Source: a candidate division WOR-1 bacterium RIFOXYB2_FULL_46_45 (lineage in GTDB: Bacteria > Margulisbacteria > WOR-1 > XYC2-FULL-46-14). Taken from it: a stretch of DNA of 64,000 bases. Position numbers and translations under genes: made by a program. Location: assembly GCA_001771585.1 (NCBI GenBank), contig MEUE01000001.1, positions 476,744 to 540,743 on the forward strand. Reading direction: 5' to 3'. The notes under the pieces were generated by a model, which saw nothing but the letters and a program-made list of their open reading frames with translations, ran no database searches and was not told the DNA's origin. How positions within the stretch are numbered: the stretch's first letter is position 1; the number at the start of each line of letters is the position of its first letter. This document shows positions 33,869 through 42,924 of this stretch, piece after piece.

Positions 33869-34900
33869 TTAATACGGATCGACAATATGTGATATGACAG
33901 GGTCTCCCTCTCTCGAAATCCCTTCCATTCTTACCCTGTCTCCGGTCGGCAGATGGACAACATAATCAGCTTCCCTATATCCGGACAACTTTAATAAAAA
34001 TAGATCATTAAGCTTCCCTTGGTCCTTTAGTGCCCGGTCAAAAGCGTACGCATCAACATAAGTCCCGCCGTTAAAAACAAACGCAACTACTTTTGCACGC
34101 GGATCTTTCTTCCTTATAAGATAAGGCAGTCGTTGTTTGTCCGCATGGGTCGCGCCCCAGCGCCAAAGCACCACATTCTTTCTATCCGAGAACATTCTTG
34201 CATAGGTGCTGTCAACCGCAAAAATTTCACGCATAGAATAGGAGTGCTTTTCCCCCAGATCCCTTTCAACCCGGTCCACCTTTGTCCTTTCAACATCAGA
34301 GAGGACAACATTGTAACAATTATTATGGGCCAATTTAAAAGTATTAAATTGTTCTTCATATTCCCCTTTGGACTCATGCAAATAACTTTGCTTGTAGTTT
34401 TTATCGACAGAAAAAGGGAAATACCCGGTAATCAGGGCGTCGTCTATCAGCAACTGAAGGTCTACATTGTTCTCATCACTCCGTCCAAATTCAAGAGACA
34501 AATGAGTTGTTCCTGTTATTTTGCAACCATCTTTACCCTGTGAAATTAGTTCGTTAAAAAATGCGGTTTGTCCTTCAACCAAATGGGAAACACCAAAAAT
34601 TATGTGGACATTTTGTTTTGATGATGAAGAATCTATCTCTCTTTGTATGGCGGCATAAACCACCCCTGCCCCCTCTTTTAAGTCCAACCTTCTCATCCAT
34701 TGCGGTATGTTTTTTTCTTTCTTAGGGATTCTTTTAAAACTGCCTCTTCTGTTCGCCGTTTTGGAATTTAATTCGTCTTTGTTTTCTACTGTCTTAGGGA
34801 TGTAGGGAGAGCAAGTCCCCTTCCCTTTGCACTCTTTTTGATGATTAGGCCAAAGTAGCCAGGGTTCCTTTCTGTAATAACACTGCGTTACTTCTCCCAT
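33869..34900 (-). CDS. Tiki/TraB/ChaN-superfamily-like protein, paralog B
   Basis: FGVSH..LEFG..MREIFA..WGATHA..VVHL. N-terminal CYYR..CKGKGTC. Confidence 0.55.
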   Translation of the reverse strand: MGEVTQCYYRKEPWLLWPNHQKECKGKGTCSPYIPKTVENKDELNSKTANRRGSFKRIPKKEKNIPQWMRRLDLKEGAGVVYAAIQREIDSSSSKQNVHIIFGVSHLVEGQTAFFNELISQGKDGCKITGTTHLSLEFGRSDENNVDLQLLIDDALITGYFPFSVDKNYKQSYLHESKGEYEEQFNTFKLAHNNCYNVVLSDVERTKVDRVERDLGEKHSYSMREIFAVDSTYARMFSDRKNVVLWRWGATHADKQRLPYLIRKKDPRAKVVAFVFNGGTYVDAYAFDRALKDQGKLNDLFLLKLSGYREADYVVHLPTGDRVRMEGISREGDPVISHIVDPY

Positions 34901-34931
34901 GTATCTTTATCGGCGGGCTAGCGGGGAAATT

Positions 34932-35483
34932 TCACTCAATTATGACGCGGTCAACCCCGTCCATCTCGAGAACCTCAACTGAAACCCGCTCTTTTTTCGC
35001 GGTGGGGATATACTTTCCGGTAAAATCGGGGTGGATTGGGACTTCGCGGTGGCCGCGGTCAACCAGGGCGCAAAGCTGGACCTTGCTGGCCCGGCCGTAA
35101 TCTTTCAGACCGTCCAAAGCGGCGCGGGCGGTGCGTCCGGCAAAAATAACATCGTCAACCAAAACCACAATCTTTCCGTCAACTGAAAAAGGCATGTCGG
35201 ATTTTTTGACCTCAACATATTCCCCTTTGATCGAAAGGTCGTCGCGATAAAGGGAGACATCAATTGACCCGACCAGAACCGACGCCCCCTCGTTCTTTGA
35301 AATCTCCTTGGCAATTCGATTGGCGATCGGGAGGCCGCGATTCAAGATGCCAACCAGGACTATATCTTTGACTCCGCGGTTCTTTTCGACAATCTCATGC
35401 GCCAGGCGGCTGACCGCGCGCCGCATGTCGTTGTCGTGCATCACGACTTTCCCGGTGAATTTTTCTTTGGCTTTTGGAACCAT
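34932..35483 (-). CDS. pyrR: pyrimidine operon regulator / uracil phosphoribosyltransferase PyrR
   Basis: PRPP motif VLVDDVIFAGRT, then LCALVDRGHRE. Confidence 0.8.
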   Translation of the reverse strand: MVPKAKEKFTGKVVMHDNDMRRAVSRLAHEIVEKNRGVKDIVLVGILNRGLPIANRIAKEISKNEGASVLVGSIDVSLYRDDLSIKGEYVEVKKSDMPFSVDGKIVVLVDDVIFAGRTARAALDGLKDYGRASKVQLCALVDRGHREVPIHPDFTGKYIPTAKKERVSVEVLEMDGVDRVIIE

Positions 35484-35490
35484 AATTTTA

Positions 35491-36924
35491 TTATACCAGA
35501 CCTTTCACGTATTGGGCAATCTTATTTAGAATCCCCGGATCTTTGGATTCATAATAAACCCGGATAATCGGTTCGGTACCGGACGGCCGGACCAAGAGCC
35601 AGCTTTTGTCTTCCAGAATTATTTTTACTCCGTCTGTCGTTTTAACTTCCGCAACCTTCATTCCCCCGATTTCAATCGGGGGGGATTTTTTTAATCCCTC
35701 CATCAGCGCAGATTTCTTCTCTTCGGTCGTCTCAATCTTCCCCCGTTTAAATTCATATGTTCCGTATTTGGCAATTAAATCTTTCCACAATTCGGAGAGC
35801 GTCTTTTTACTCTTTGCAACCATCTCAACCACCAGAAGATCGGCCAGCAAACCGTCTTTTTCCGGAATGTGTCCGTCAATTGAAAGCCCCCCACTCTCTT
35901 CCCCGCCAATAATCACTTTTTCCCGCATCATAATTTCGGCGATATATTTGAAGCCGACCTTGGTCTCATGAAGTTTAATGTTGTGCTCCGCCGCAATCGC
36001 ATCGATCAGAGATGTAGTCGCAATTGACCTGACTACAGATCCTTTTTTCCCTTTTGAGACCAGATAGTTAAAGACCAGGGCGATTATTTTGTTCGCATCG
36101 AGAAAGTTGCCCTGTTCATCAACAACCCCAAAGCGGTCGGCATCGCCGTCATTGGCGAGGCCAAGATCAAATTTACCTTCGACAACTTTTCTTTTAAGTT
36201 CGGTTAATTCTTTGTCTCCCGGCTCCGGGTTCTGCCCGCCAAAGAGGACATCGCGGTAATTATGGATCTCTTCCGTCTTGCATCCGTACATTTGCAAAAG
36301 TTTGTCGAGATATCCCCTCCCCGATCCGTACATCGGATCATAGAGGACTTTCAATTTTGCTTTTCTGATCGCGTCAACATCAATGAATCTCTCAATATAC
36401 TCAAAATAGTGTTCCCTGGGTTCAAAGTGTTCGATTTGGGCTTGGGATTTTGAAGATTTATTTGTCATTTGGATTTTGTCATTTGTCATTTCGGACAGAT
36501 TTCTTTCAATCTGCTTCGTTATTTCCTCATTCGCCGGTCCGGCATAGTCCGGTATGAATTTGATCCCGCAGTATTCCGGCGGATTATGGGAGGCGGTCAG
36601 CATGATCGCCCCAAGCGCCCCCTTATCTTTAACCGACCAGGCAACAATCGGGGTCGGCGTATCGCGCTCGGTTATAAGCGAAGAGATCCCGTTCTCTTTC
36701 ATCACTTTGGCAATTTCTATCGCGAACTTGTCAGCCAAGAATCTCGCGTCATAGCCGATTATTATTTGATTTTTGGATTTAGAGTTTTGAGATTGTTTAG
36801 AGTTTAGGTTTTTGGATTTTAAATAAGTAGCGATAGCTTGTGCTACCTTCCTTACATTTTCAAAGTTGAATTCTTCCGATATGATGGCGCGCCAGCCGTC
36901 GGTCCCGAATTTGATCACTTCCAT
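35491..36924 (-). CDS. phosphoglucomutase/phosphomannomutase-family phosphohexomutase
   Basis: TASHNPPEY with the active-site Ser. ANDGDADR. GGEESGG. An AAGGAG RBS. Confidence 0.85.
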   Translation of the reverse strand: MEVIKFGTDGWRAIISEEFNFENVRKVAQAIATYLKSKNLNSKQSQNSKSKNQIIIGYDARFLADKFAIEIAKVMKENGISSLITERDTPTPIVAWSVKDKGALGAIMLTASHNPPEYCGIKFIPDYAGPANEEITKQIERNLSEMTNDKIQMTNKSSKSQAQIEHFEPREHYFEYIERFIDVDAIRKAKLKVLYDPMYGSGRGYLDKLLQMYGCKTEEIHNYRDVLFGGQNPEPGDKELTELKRKVVEGKFDLGLANDGDADRFGVVDEQGNFLDANKIIALVFNYLVSKGKKGSVVRSIATTSLIDAIAAEHNIKLHETKVGFKYIAEIMMREKVIIGGEESGGLSIDGHIPEKDGLLADLLVVEMVAKSKKTLSELWKDLIAKYGTYEFKRGKIETTEEKKSALMEGLKKSPPIEIGGMKVAEVKTTDGVKIILEDKSWLLVRPSGTEPIIRVYYESKDPGILNKIAQYVKGLV

Positions 36925-36963
36925 ACTCCTTATGTCCTATACGCTTATACATAGGCCGAACCT

Positions 36964-36984
36964 CCCTCTCCCTCTGGGAGAGGG
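36964..36984. other. perfect 9-bp GC-rich hairpin (CCCTCTCCC-tct-GGGAGAGGG) in the leader upstream of the mutase gene
   Basis: I read the palindrome directly. It has no adjacent U-tract. Confidence 0.5.
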
Positions 36985-37140
36985 ATATGAGGGTGAGGGT
37001 ATACAATTCTATCATAAGACGCTGGAATTAAACATTGCGCTATCGTTAAAGACGGCAGGATTCTATTGTTAGATTATTATCGCACCACAGTTTTAATTAT
37101 CTTCAATTTGCGCAGCAAGCCTCTTTAAGGCCGAGCTTGA

Positions 37141-37923
37141 TCACACATAAATCAAAACTTCCTTCTGCAAATTGTAAGAGACAAACAAACCCGTAAAAAA
37201 CTCCTTCAGTTGAGTTATTGATAAATCATCGTCGGGGTTTTCATCAAACTCAAAATAAAACTGTACCGCGCCGTCTTCACCTTTTCCCTGTTTAAGCCCT
37301 CCGCTAAAAAACAAAAAAACCGATACTCCGTCCGAATCTATTTTCTCCGCCCCAAAAATAAAATCAAATATCTGATTTGAAGTAAGCATGAACTTTTTAC
37401 CTTCAAGTTCTAGTTCCACCTTCAAGGGCTCGTCGGATTCAAAAAAAAGGCCGGGATCTTTTCTCAACCGTTCGGCAAACTTCCCGTCAATTTTTTTGTT
37501 AAAAATAGAATTCATGGAAGCGGCATAAACCCCGCCCTTATTAATAGCTTCAATCGCAATGTCAATCAGCCATGATTCGGATTTTAACGACAAAGGAAGA
37601 CGGATACTTTTGTAACAGCCGAAATCAAAACCGCAATTTGCCGGACATTCCTTGCAATAGCCGGAAAATTTTTCTAAAATTTTGGCCTCTTCCAATAATT
37701 CAGATATTTTGGATTTTTTCTTTTCCTGGCACCCGTCGGCAGTCAATATCCCCGTCTCAACCTCATAGTTTAAAACTTCTTCCTCTTTTTTTCCTTCTTC
37801 TTTCGTTAAATGCTCTAACAAAAGCTTGGCGGTTTCGCCGTATTTGACCAAATAAATTAAACGGGACAAAGACAGCTCTTGTTTAACCGGACAATCCAGG
37901 CCGATTACATATTCTATTCCCAT
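37141..37923 (-). CDS. hypothetical protein with a Cys motif (CKECPANCGFDFGC)
   Basis: 260-aa ORF with no recognisable domain. Confidence 0.5.
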   Translation of the reverse strand: MGIEYVIGLDCPVKQELSLSRLIYLVKYGETAKLLLEHLTKEEGKKEEEVLNYEVETGILTADGCQEKKKSKISELLEEAKILEKFSGYCKECPANCGFDFGCYKSIRLPLSLKSESWLIDIAIEAINKGGVYAASMNSIFNKKIDGKFAERLRKDPGLFFESDEPLKVELELEGKKFMLTSNQIFDFIFGAEKIDSDGVSVFLFFSGGLKQGKGEDGAVQFYFEFDENPDDDLSITQLKEFFTGLFVSYNLQKEVLIYV

Positions 37924-37990
37924 AATAAAAACCTCAATTTTATCACACGGACATTTACAATTATACCAAAAAAAGATAATATAATGTTAC

Positions 37991-38407
37991 ATGGATAAAC
38001 TGATGAGGATAGCCCTTGCCGAAGCCAAAAAAGCCGAAAAGAAAGAAGAAGTCCCGATCGGCTGTGTGATTGTAAAAGATGGAAAGATCATTGGGCGCGG
38101 GCACAACCTGCGAGAGTCAAAAAAAGACCCACTGGAGCACGCCGAACTTATCGCGATACGGAAAGCGGCCAAAAAGATCGGCGACTGGCGCTTAAACCAA
38201 TGCGAACTTTATGTTACACTGGAACCGTGCCCGATGTGCGCCTGGGCGATCATTCAATCACGAATCCCAAAAGTAACTTACGGCGCTTCTGATCCGAAAT
38301 TAAAATCCAGCCGCATACTCAAAAAAAACAAAATCAAAGTAAAATCAGGTATAATGAAAGAAGAATGCAGGGAAATCCTGCAGGATTTTTTTAAGAATAG
38401 AAGGTGA
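37991..38407 (+). CDS. tadA: tRNA-specific adenosine deaminase
   Basis: HAELIAIRKA...PCPMCAWAI deaminase zinc motifs. Confidence 0.85.
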   Translation: MDKLMRIALAEAKKAEKKEEVPIGCVIVKDGKIIGRGHNLRESKKDPLEHAELIAIRKAAKKIGDWRLNQCELYVTLEPCPMCAWAIIQSRIPKVTYGASDPKLKSSRILKKNKIKVKSGIMKEECREILQDFFKNRR

Positions 38408-38434
38408 AGGATAAGGATTAAGGGCGCTTCGCGC

Positions 38435-38519
38435 GGAGAGGTGGCAGAGTGGTTGATCGCGCACGCTTGGAAAGCGTGTATACCGCAAGGTATCGTGGGT
38501 TCAAATCCCACCCTCTCCG
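38435..38519 (+). tRNA. tRNA-Ser (anticodon GGA), long variable arm
   Basis: Acceptor GGAGAGG/CCTCTCC. Anticodon arm CACGC-TTGGAAA-GCGTG. T-arm GTGGG-TTCAAAT-CCCAC. Confidence 0.8.
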
Positions 38520-38523
38520 TTTA

Positions 38524-38570
38524 AACAAAAAAAGCCCTGAACCAAAACGCTCGCGCGTCTGGTTCAGGGC
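38524..38570 (-). terminator. rho-independent terminator (11-bp stem GCCCTGAACCA/TGGTTCAGGGC followed by a T7 tract on the minus strand)
   Basis: Hairpin at 38534-38570, then TTTTTTTG read on the minus strand. It lies downstream of the RRM gene and tRNA-Ser. Confidence 0.7.
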
Positions 38571-38584
38571 ATAAACCATCCAAC

Positions 38585-38842
38585 CTATCTGGAACGGTCT
38601 TCTCTCGGCTTGGCTTCGTTACAGGTGATTTCGCGATCTCCCCATTTTGCTCCGCTCATCGCTGAGATAGCTTTCTGGGCATCGGCGTCATCCATATCGA
38701 CAAATCCGAAACCTTTTGACTTGCCGGTCATTTTATCGGTGATTACTCTGGCCGATATAACCTGACCGAACTCGGAAAATTTTGCCTGCAGCTCTTCATT
38801 GTTGGCTGACCAGGGCAAATTACCTACAAATATGCTTTTCAT
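38585..38842 (-). CDS. RRM-type RNA-binding protein
   Basis: RNP-2 IFVGNL and RNP-1 KGFGFVDM. Confidence 0.8.
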   Translation of the reverse strand: MKSIFVGNLPWSANNEELQAKFSEFGQVISARVITDKMTGKSKGFGFVDMDDADAQKAISAMSGAKWGDREITCNEAKPREDRSR

Positions 38843-39051
38843 AATGTGTTTCCTCCTTTATTGGATTTTTCTGCGATTAACGGAATGTAGAGGGCTAAAT
38901 GAATAGGCTTCAACATGACTAATAGGCAGACTTCTTAGTTCTTAAACCATTAAGTTCGACTCTCATTCTTTATCATTATAGCACAACCCCGCATTTATTG
39001 CAAATCAAAATCGGCTATGCTACCATTTATTTACCAAAAGGGGGTAGAAAT

Positions 39052-39600
39052 ATGAAAATATTAAAGGTTCTTTTTTGGATCATTGTAGTACTCGTTGTCG
39101 CCGTCGCGGGCTTCTTATGGTACCTCGGTTTTTTTGGCGCGGTACAGGTTACGGAAGCGAAAAACGGGCCTTATGTTGTCGTCTATGAAGAATTTACCGG
39201 CCCCTACTCCCAGACCGGGCCGATTTTTGATAAATTGGGCAAGGCACTGAAAAATGACGCCATAAAATCAACCAAAGGGCTGGGGATATATTACGACAAT
39301 CCCGCAGTCGTGGCGCAGGAAAAATTGAGGAGCACGATCGGAATTGCAATTGAAACAAAGGACCTGCAGACGCTAAAGAAATTAAAGGGAAAATACAAGA
39401 TTAAGTTTGTCAAAGAAGGCAATTATATCACCGCCGAATTTCCTCTGAAAAATATGATATCGTACATTATCGGCCCCGGAAAAGTTTATCCGGAGATGAT
39501 GAAACACATGCAGGCGAAGGGCTATAAGCCGGTGCCCGGAATCGAAGTCTATGATATGACGGGCGGGAAGATCATTTATTTGATGGAGATAGTCAAATAG
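39052..39600 (+). CDS. membrane-anchored GyrI-like (AraC effector-binding-like) domain protein
   Basis: GGGGG RBS. N-terminal TM. A GLGIYYDNP...GIEVYD pattern. Confidence 0.5.
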   Translation: MKILKVLFWIIVVLVVAVAGFLWYLGFFGAVQVTEAKNGPYVVVYEEFTGPYSQTGPIFDKLGKALKNDAIKSTKGLGIYYDNPAVVAQEKLRSTIGIAIETKDLQTLKKLKGKYKIKFVKEGNYITAEFPLKNMISYIIGPGKVYPEMMKHMQAKGYKPVPGIEVYDMTGGKIIYLMEIVK

Positions 39601-39610
39601 AAATCCCATC

Positions 39611-39775
39611 ATGCCCTATCGGATAAAAAAAGGTTCCGGAGCAAAGCCCTGGAAGATCTACAACAAAGACACCGGTAAATTGGTGGGAAGCTCAACCTCA
39701 AAGAAAAAAGCCGAAGCGTCAGTGCGCGCGCGATTGGGCGGAGCGCACGGGTGGAAGGGGACCTGGAATCGTTAG
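39611..39775 (+). CDS. candidate small basic protein (54 aa; MPYRIKKGSGAKPWKIYNKDTGKLVGSSTSKKKAEASVRARLGG..)
   Basis: ORF shorter than the track cutoff, in the intergenic gap. Confidence 0.3.
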   Translation: MPYRIKKGSGAKPWKIYNKDTGKLVGSSTSKKKAEASVRARLGGAHGWKGTWNR

Positions 39776-39851
39776 TTGTTATAATTTATCAGGACTTAAA
39801 GCTACTTGCTTAGCCGCCGTGATACTGTTCGCGGCAAAGGAAGGGATAACA

Positions 39852-40517
39852 ATGGACGCAAACCCCAAAATAGTCTTGGTTGAGCACAATCCGTGGGCAA
39901 TGGTGGTCGGCTCCGACTCCCCCTCTTTCGCCCTCTACGACAACGGCACGGTGATCTTCAGGAATAAAAAAGGAGAATTGCTTTCGGCCAAAATGGGACC
40001 AGATGAAATTAAAAAACTTACTCCGGATGAAGCGTTTTTTAAGCTCGAAAACCGCTACGACGCCACCCGCTGGACCGACCAGCCGATGAATACCGTCTGG
40101 ACCTGGCAAAACGGGCAGAAAAAGGGGGTCACGGTTTACGGCGATTTAAGGGAAGACAAAGAAGCCCGGGCCGGCGCCCCAAAAGAATTCCTTGCTCTTT
40201 ATGACCGGCTGATCGCGTACAATAATCCCGGGGGATCAAAATGGATGAGCGAAAAGATCGAAGTAATGGTCTGGCCGTTTGAATATTCAAAAGACACCCC
40301 GATCCCCTGGCCCAAGGGCTGGCCGGATCTAAACGATCCGGCGGCAAGACACGGGGCGGACCTTCACGCGATTCCGCTTGATTCAAAACACTATAACGAT
40401 CTGATTAATCTGATTAAAAAAATGAAACCGACCCAGGCGATCTTGATGGGCGGCAAAAAATGGGCAATCTCTTTTCGTATTCCCTTCCCAAAAGAAGCGT
40501 TGTGGATGAAAAATTAA
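39852..40517 (+). CDS. hypothetical protein
   Basis: AGGAAGGG RBS before the ATG at 39852. 221 aa. Confidence 0.55.
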   Translation: MDANPKIVLVEHNPWAMVVGSDSPSFALYDNGTVIFRNKKGELLSAKMGPDEIKKLTPDEAFFKLENRYDATRWTDQPMNTVWTWQNGQKKGVTVYGDLREDKEARAGAPKEFLALYDRLIAYNNPGGSKWMSEKIEVMVWPFEYSKDTPIPWPKGWPDLNDPAARHGADLHAIPLDSKHYNDLINLIKKMKPTQAILMGGKKWAISFRIPFPKEALWMKN

Positions 40518-40518
40518 T

Positions 40519-41319
40519 TTAAGGAACAAACTCAAACTTATCTATTACAAATTCAACTTCTTTTTTGTCCGAAGGGGGCGTCCCATTCATCAGCCAAAGG
40601 TTGATCCTGGTCTTTTCGTTCCCTGTGGGGGGAACATAAGCGCCGCTGTAGGTCCAGCTATCCATTGTCTTAGATGGGTTTTCTACACTCTGAAAGTAAA
40701 CACTCCCGCTCTGCCACTTAAAACTGTGGGTTGAAGAATTTCCGGTCATTGTCCCACCCGTTGAACGGACATTGCCGGCCACGCCATAAGGCTGGACGGT
40801 ATAATTCAAGTTCGGCCAGGCCATATTCCCCCAGCGAGCGAATTCGATATCAATCTCGCGGTTGTAATAATCACCTGAAGTATCATCCCAGGTAAAGAGA
40901 CCAACCACCACATTTTCATTTAAGTTGTCTATCCGGGTTGAAGTATTAAACCGATAAGTCCCGTAGCCGAAAGATTTTTTGGTGGCCAGTTCGGCACAAT
41001 ACCATTTTCCGTTTTTATTGGTTATTTTCAGATGAAGCTTGCCGCTCCCGTCCACCCAAACATTGTCAATACTACCGGAAAAATAGTTCGGACCAGGACC
41101 AACCTGATAATCGTACGATTTTACTTCCCAGGTGTAACCGGACCAGGTTATTTCGCCAGAAACGGCGCCGATCGCCTCCGAAGACGAAGGAGAAGGCGTT
41201 GGGGATGGAACCGGAGCGGGAGAAGAATTTGCCCCGCTGTTTTGTGACACATAATCGCTGTTTTGCGAACAGCCAAACAAGGCCAGCCCCAAAAACAAGA
41301 TAACTATTAACTTCCTCAT
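40519..41319 (-). CDS. lipoprotein, glycoside hydrolase family 16-like (beta-glucanase fold)
   Basis: Lipobox LFGCS. The GH16 catalytic motif EIDIEF. Confidence 0.65.
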   Translation of the reverse strand: MRKLIVILFLGLALFGCSQNSDYVSQNSGANSSPAPVPSPTPSPSSSEAIGAVSGEITWSGYTWEVKSYDYQVGPGPNYFSGSIDNVWVDGSGKLHLKITNKNGKWYCAELATKKSFGYGTYRFNTSTRIDNLNENVVVGLFTWDDTSGDYYNREIDIEFARWGNMAWPNLNYTVQPYGVAGNVRSTGGTMTGNSSTHSFKWQSGSVYFQSVENPSKTMDSWTYSGAYVPPTGNEKTRINLWLMNGTPPSDKKEVEFVIDKFEFVP

Positions 41320-41350
41320 ATATTCATTATATAATGAAATATTGATTAAT

Positions 41351-41435
41351 GGAGGAGTGGCCGAGTGGTTGAAGGCGCACGTCTCGAAAACGTGTATACC
41401 GCAAGGTATCGGGGGTTCGAATCCTCCCTCCTCCG
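41351..41435 (+). tRNA. tRNA-Ser (anticodon CGA)
   Basis: Acceptor GGAGGAG/CTCCTCC. D-stem GCC/GGC. Anticodon arm CACGT-CTCGAAA-ACGTG. T-loop TTCGAAT. Confidence 0.8.
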
Positions 41436-41437
41436 GA

Positions 41438-42208
41438 TTATCTTGGTCTTCGCCTTATCCCGGGCCGTCTTTTGGTCGGGGCCATAAGTCTTTCCATTTC
41501 CGCCCTGTCAAAAAGATATTGTTGCAAGTCTACCGCGGAAAAAATCCGCATTCCCACTTTATCCAAAGCCCTTACGGAAGGGAGAGAAGCACGCAGATCA
41601 TCGATCGGTTGTCCGGGACAAGGGCAGATAAAATATAAGAGCGCCCGTCGGCTTAAGCTTATTTTACCCGGTCTTTGAAACTCGCGCCCGCCCGCGGCAA
41701 GCAACAATTCCACTCCATCCAAACGGGGATCAGCAATTAGCCGGGCGATAACCTGTTCTATTTGCCGATGGACCGGCTCAAAATTTTCAAACCCTCCGGC
41801 CAAAAGTTGTTCACTGCCGGACAAAAAATCTTCCGCGGGACGCACGATGTTTTTGAGGCCCGGTTCAATTCCGGGATAACCGATATCCAAGACCGCATTA
41901 TCTCCCAGCCAGATCGCCGCGTGTAAAAGCTCCCCCGGTATTGCCTTCCCTTGAAAATTATCCCAAAGCTCCATCCGTCTATTTACGGTCCTTATTAAAA
42001 TATCCCCTCTTTCAATTCCGATAAAAACACTTTGGTTAAAAACCAGATCAACCTTGCTGTCATCGTGTAAATTAGGAGAAAACCGCACTTCCGAATTTGC
42101 CAGCCTACCCTTATGATCAGTAATCTTGGCTTCATATGCGATCCTGCCCGCAACAAGCCCTCCAAATACCAAGCCGGAACAAACGGATCTTCTGCTTACC
42201 ATAACCAT
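41438..42208 (-). CDS. hypothetical protein (possible RR-containing signal peptide)
   Basis: 256-aa ORF. Its stop is 3 nt from the tRNA-Ser 3' end. Confidence 0.45.
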   Translation of the reverse strand: MVMVSRRSVCSGLVFGGLVAGRIAYEAKITDHKGRLANSEVRFSPNLHDDSKVDLVFNQSVFIGIERGDILIRTVNRRMELWDNFQGKAIPGELLHAAIWLGDNAVLDIGYPGIEPGLKNIVRPAEDFLSGSEQLLAGGFENFEPVHRQIEQVIARLIADPRLDGVELLLAAGGREFQRPGKISLSRRALLYFICPCPGQPIDDLRASLPSVRALDKVGMRIFSAVDLQQYLFDRAEMERLMAPTKRRPGIRRRPR

Positions 42209-42296
42209 CTTTGACTTTCCCCCTTATTTTTTATTCTATTCTTTCTTCTTTTAAATTTACAAAAAAATTCACGTTTTTTTGGGGTATAATATTCCC

Positions 42297-42923
42297 ATGC
42301 AAAAAAAGCAATTGGTTATCTTTGGAATCCTTGGCTCGATCGGAATGTTTTTTGGCATCATTGCGGACCTGGCAACCGGATACTTGGCCTCTTTTAACCG
42401 GCCGTTAACCGGCGACATTTTAACCAATGTCTACATAATGATCTCCTATAAGCCGCTCTGGCAGATGGTTTTGGGACACTACCTTTCAATCTTCGGACTC
42501 TCACTGGGGCTGTTCGGCTTATGGCAGGTCTACCGGGCAGTCAGGCCGGCTTCGGAAAGACTGTCTTTTCTTGCCCTTATACTTGGGGTATTTGCTTATA
42601 TTTGCGGCATAGTATTCCATACGCAATTTGCCTACTATACGGTTTCAAATCAGATCTTTATCCGGCCGGTAGCGGGCCTGTTTCTAATTTCGATGATGAC
42701 GGTCATCGTTATAATTTTCTTTCTGATCGCCTCCGGTAAAACACTTTATCCTCGTTGGATTAATTGGTTCAATCCGCTTGTGACAATCCCGCTCTTCTGG
42801 CTGGCCGCGCTCTTAAGCCCTCCCAAACTGCAAATATTGCTCTTGTTTATAGTTTATAATGCGGCGCTGTTTATCTTTTACGCGGCCGCAACATATAGTA
42901 TAATTAAGACAGGAGGAAAATAA
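42297..42923 (+). CDS. hypothetical polytopic membrane protein
   Basis: Multiple TM helices. TATAAT lies 6 nt upstream of the ATG. Confidence 0.5.
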   Translation: MQKKQLVIFGILGSIGMFFGIIADLATGYLASFNRPLTGDILTNVYIMISYKPLWQMVLGHYLSIFGLSLGLFGLWQVYRAVRPASERLSFLALILGVFAYICGIVFHTQFAYYTVSNQIFIRPVAGLFLISMMTVIVIIFFLIASGKTLYPRWINWFNPLVTIPLFWLAALLSPPKLQILLLFIVYNAALFIFYAAATYSIIKTGGK

Positions 42924-42924
42924 A

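Noticed and set aside
41342-41638. The 98-aa plus-strand ORF at 41342..41638.
   Set aside because: It is a read-through of tRNA-Ser(CGA) and of the antisense of the downstream gene.
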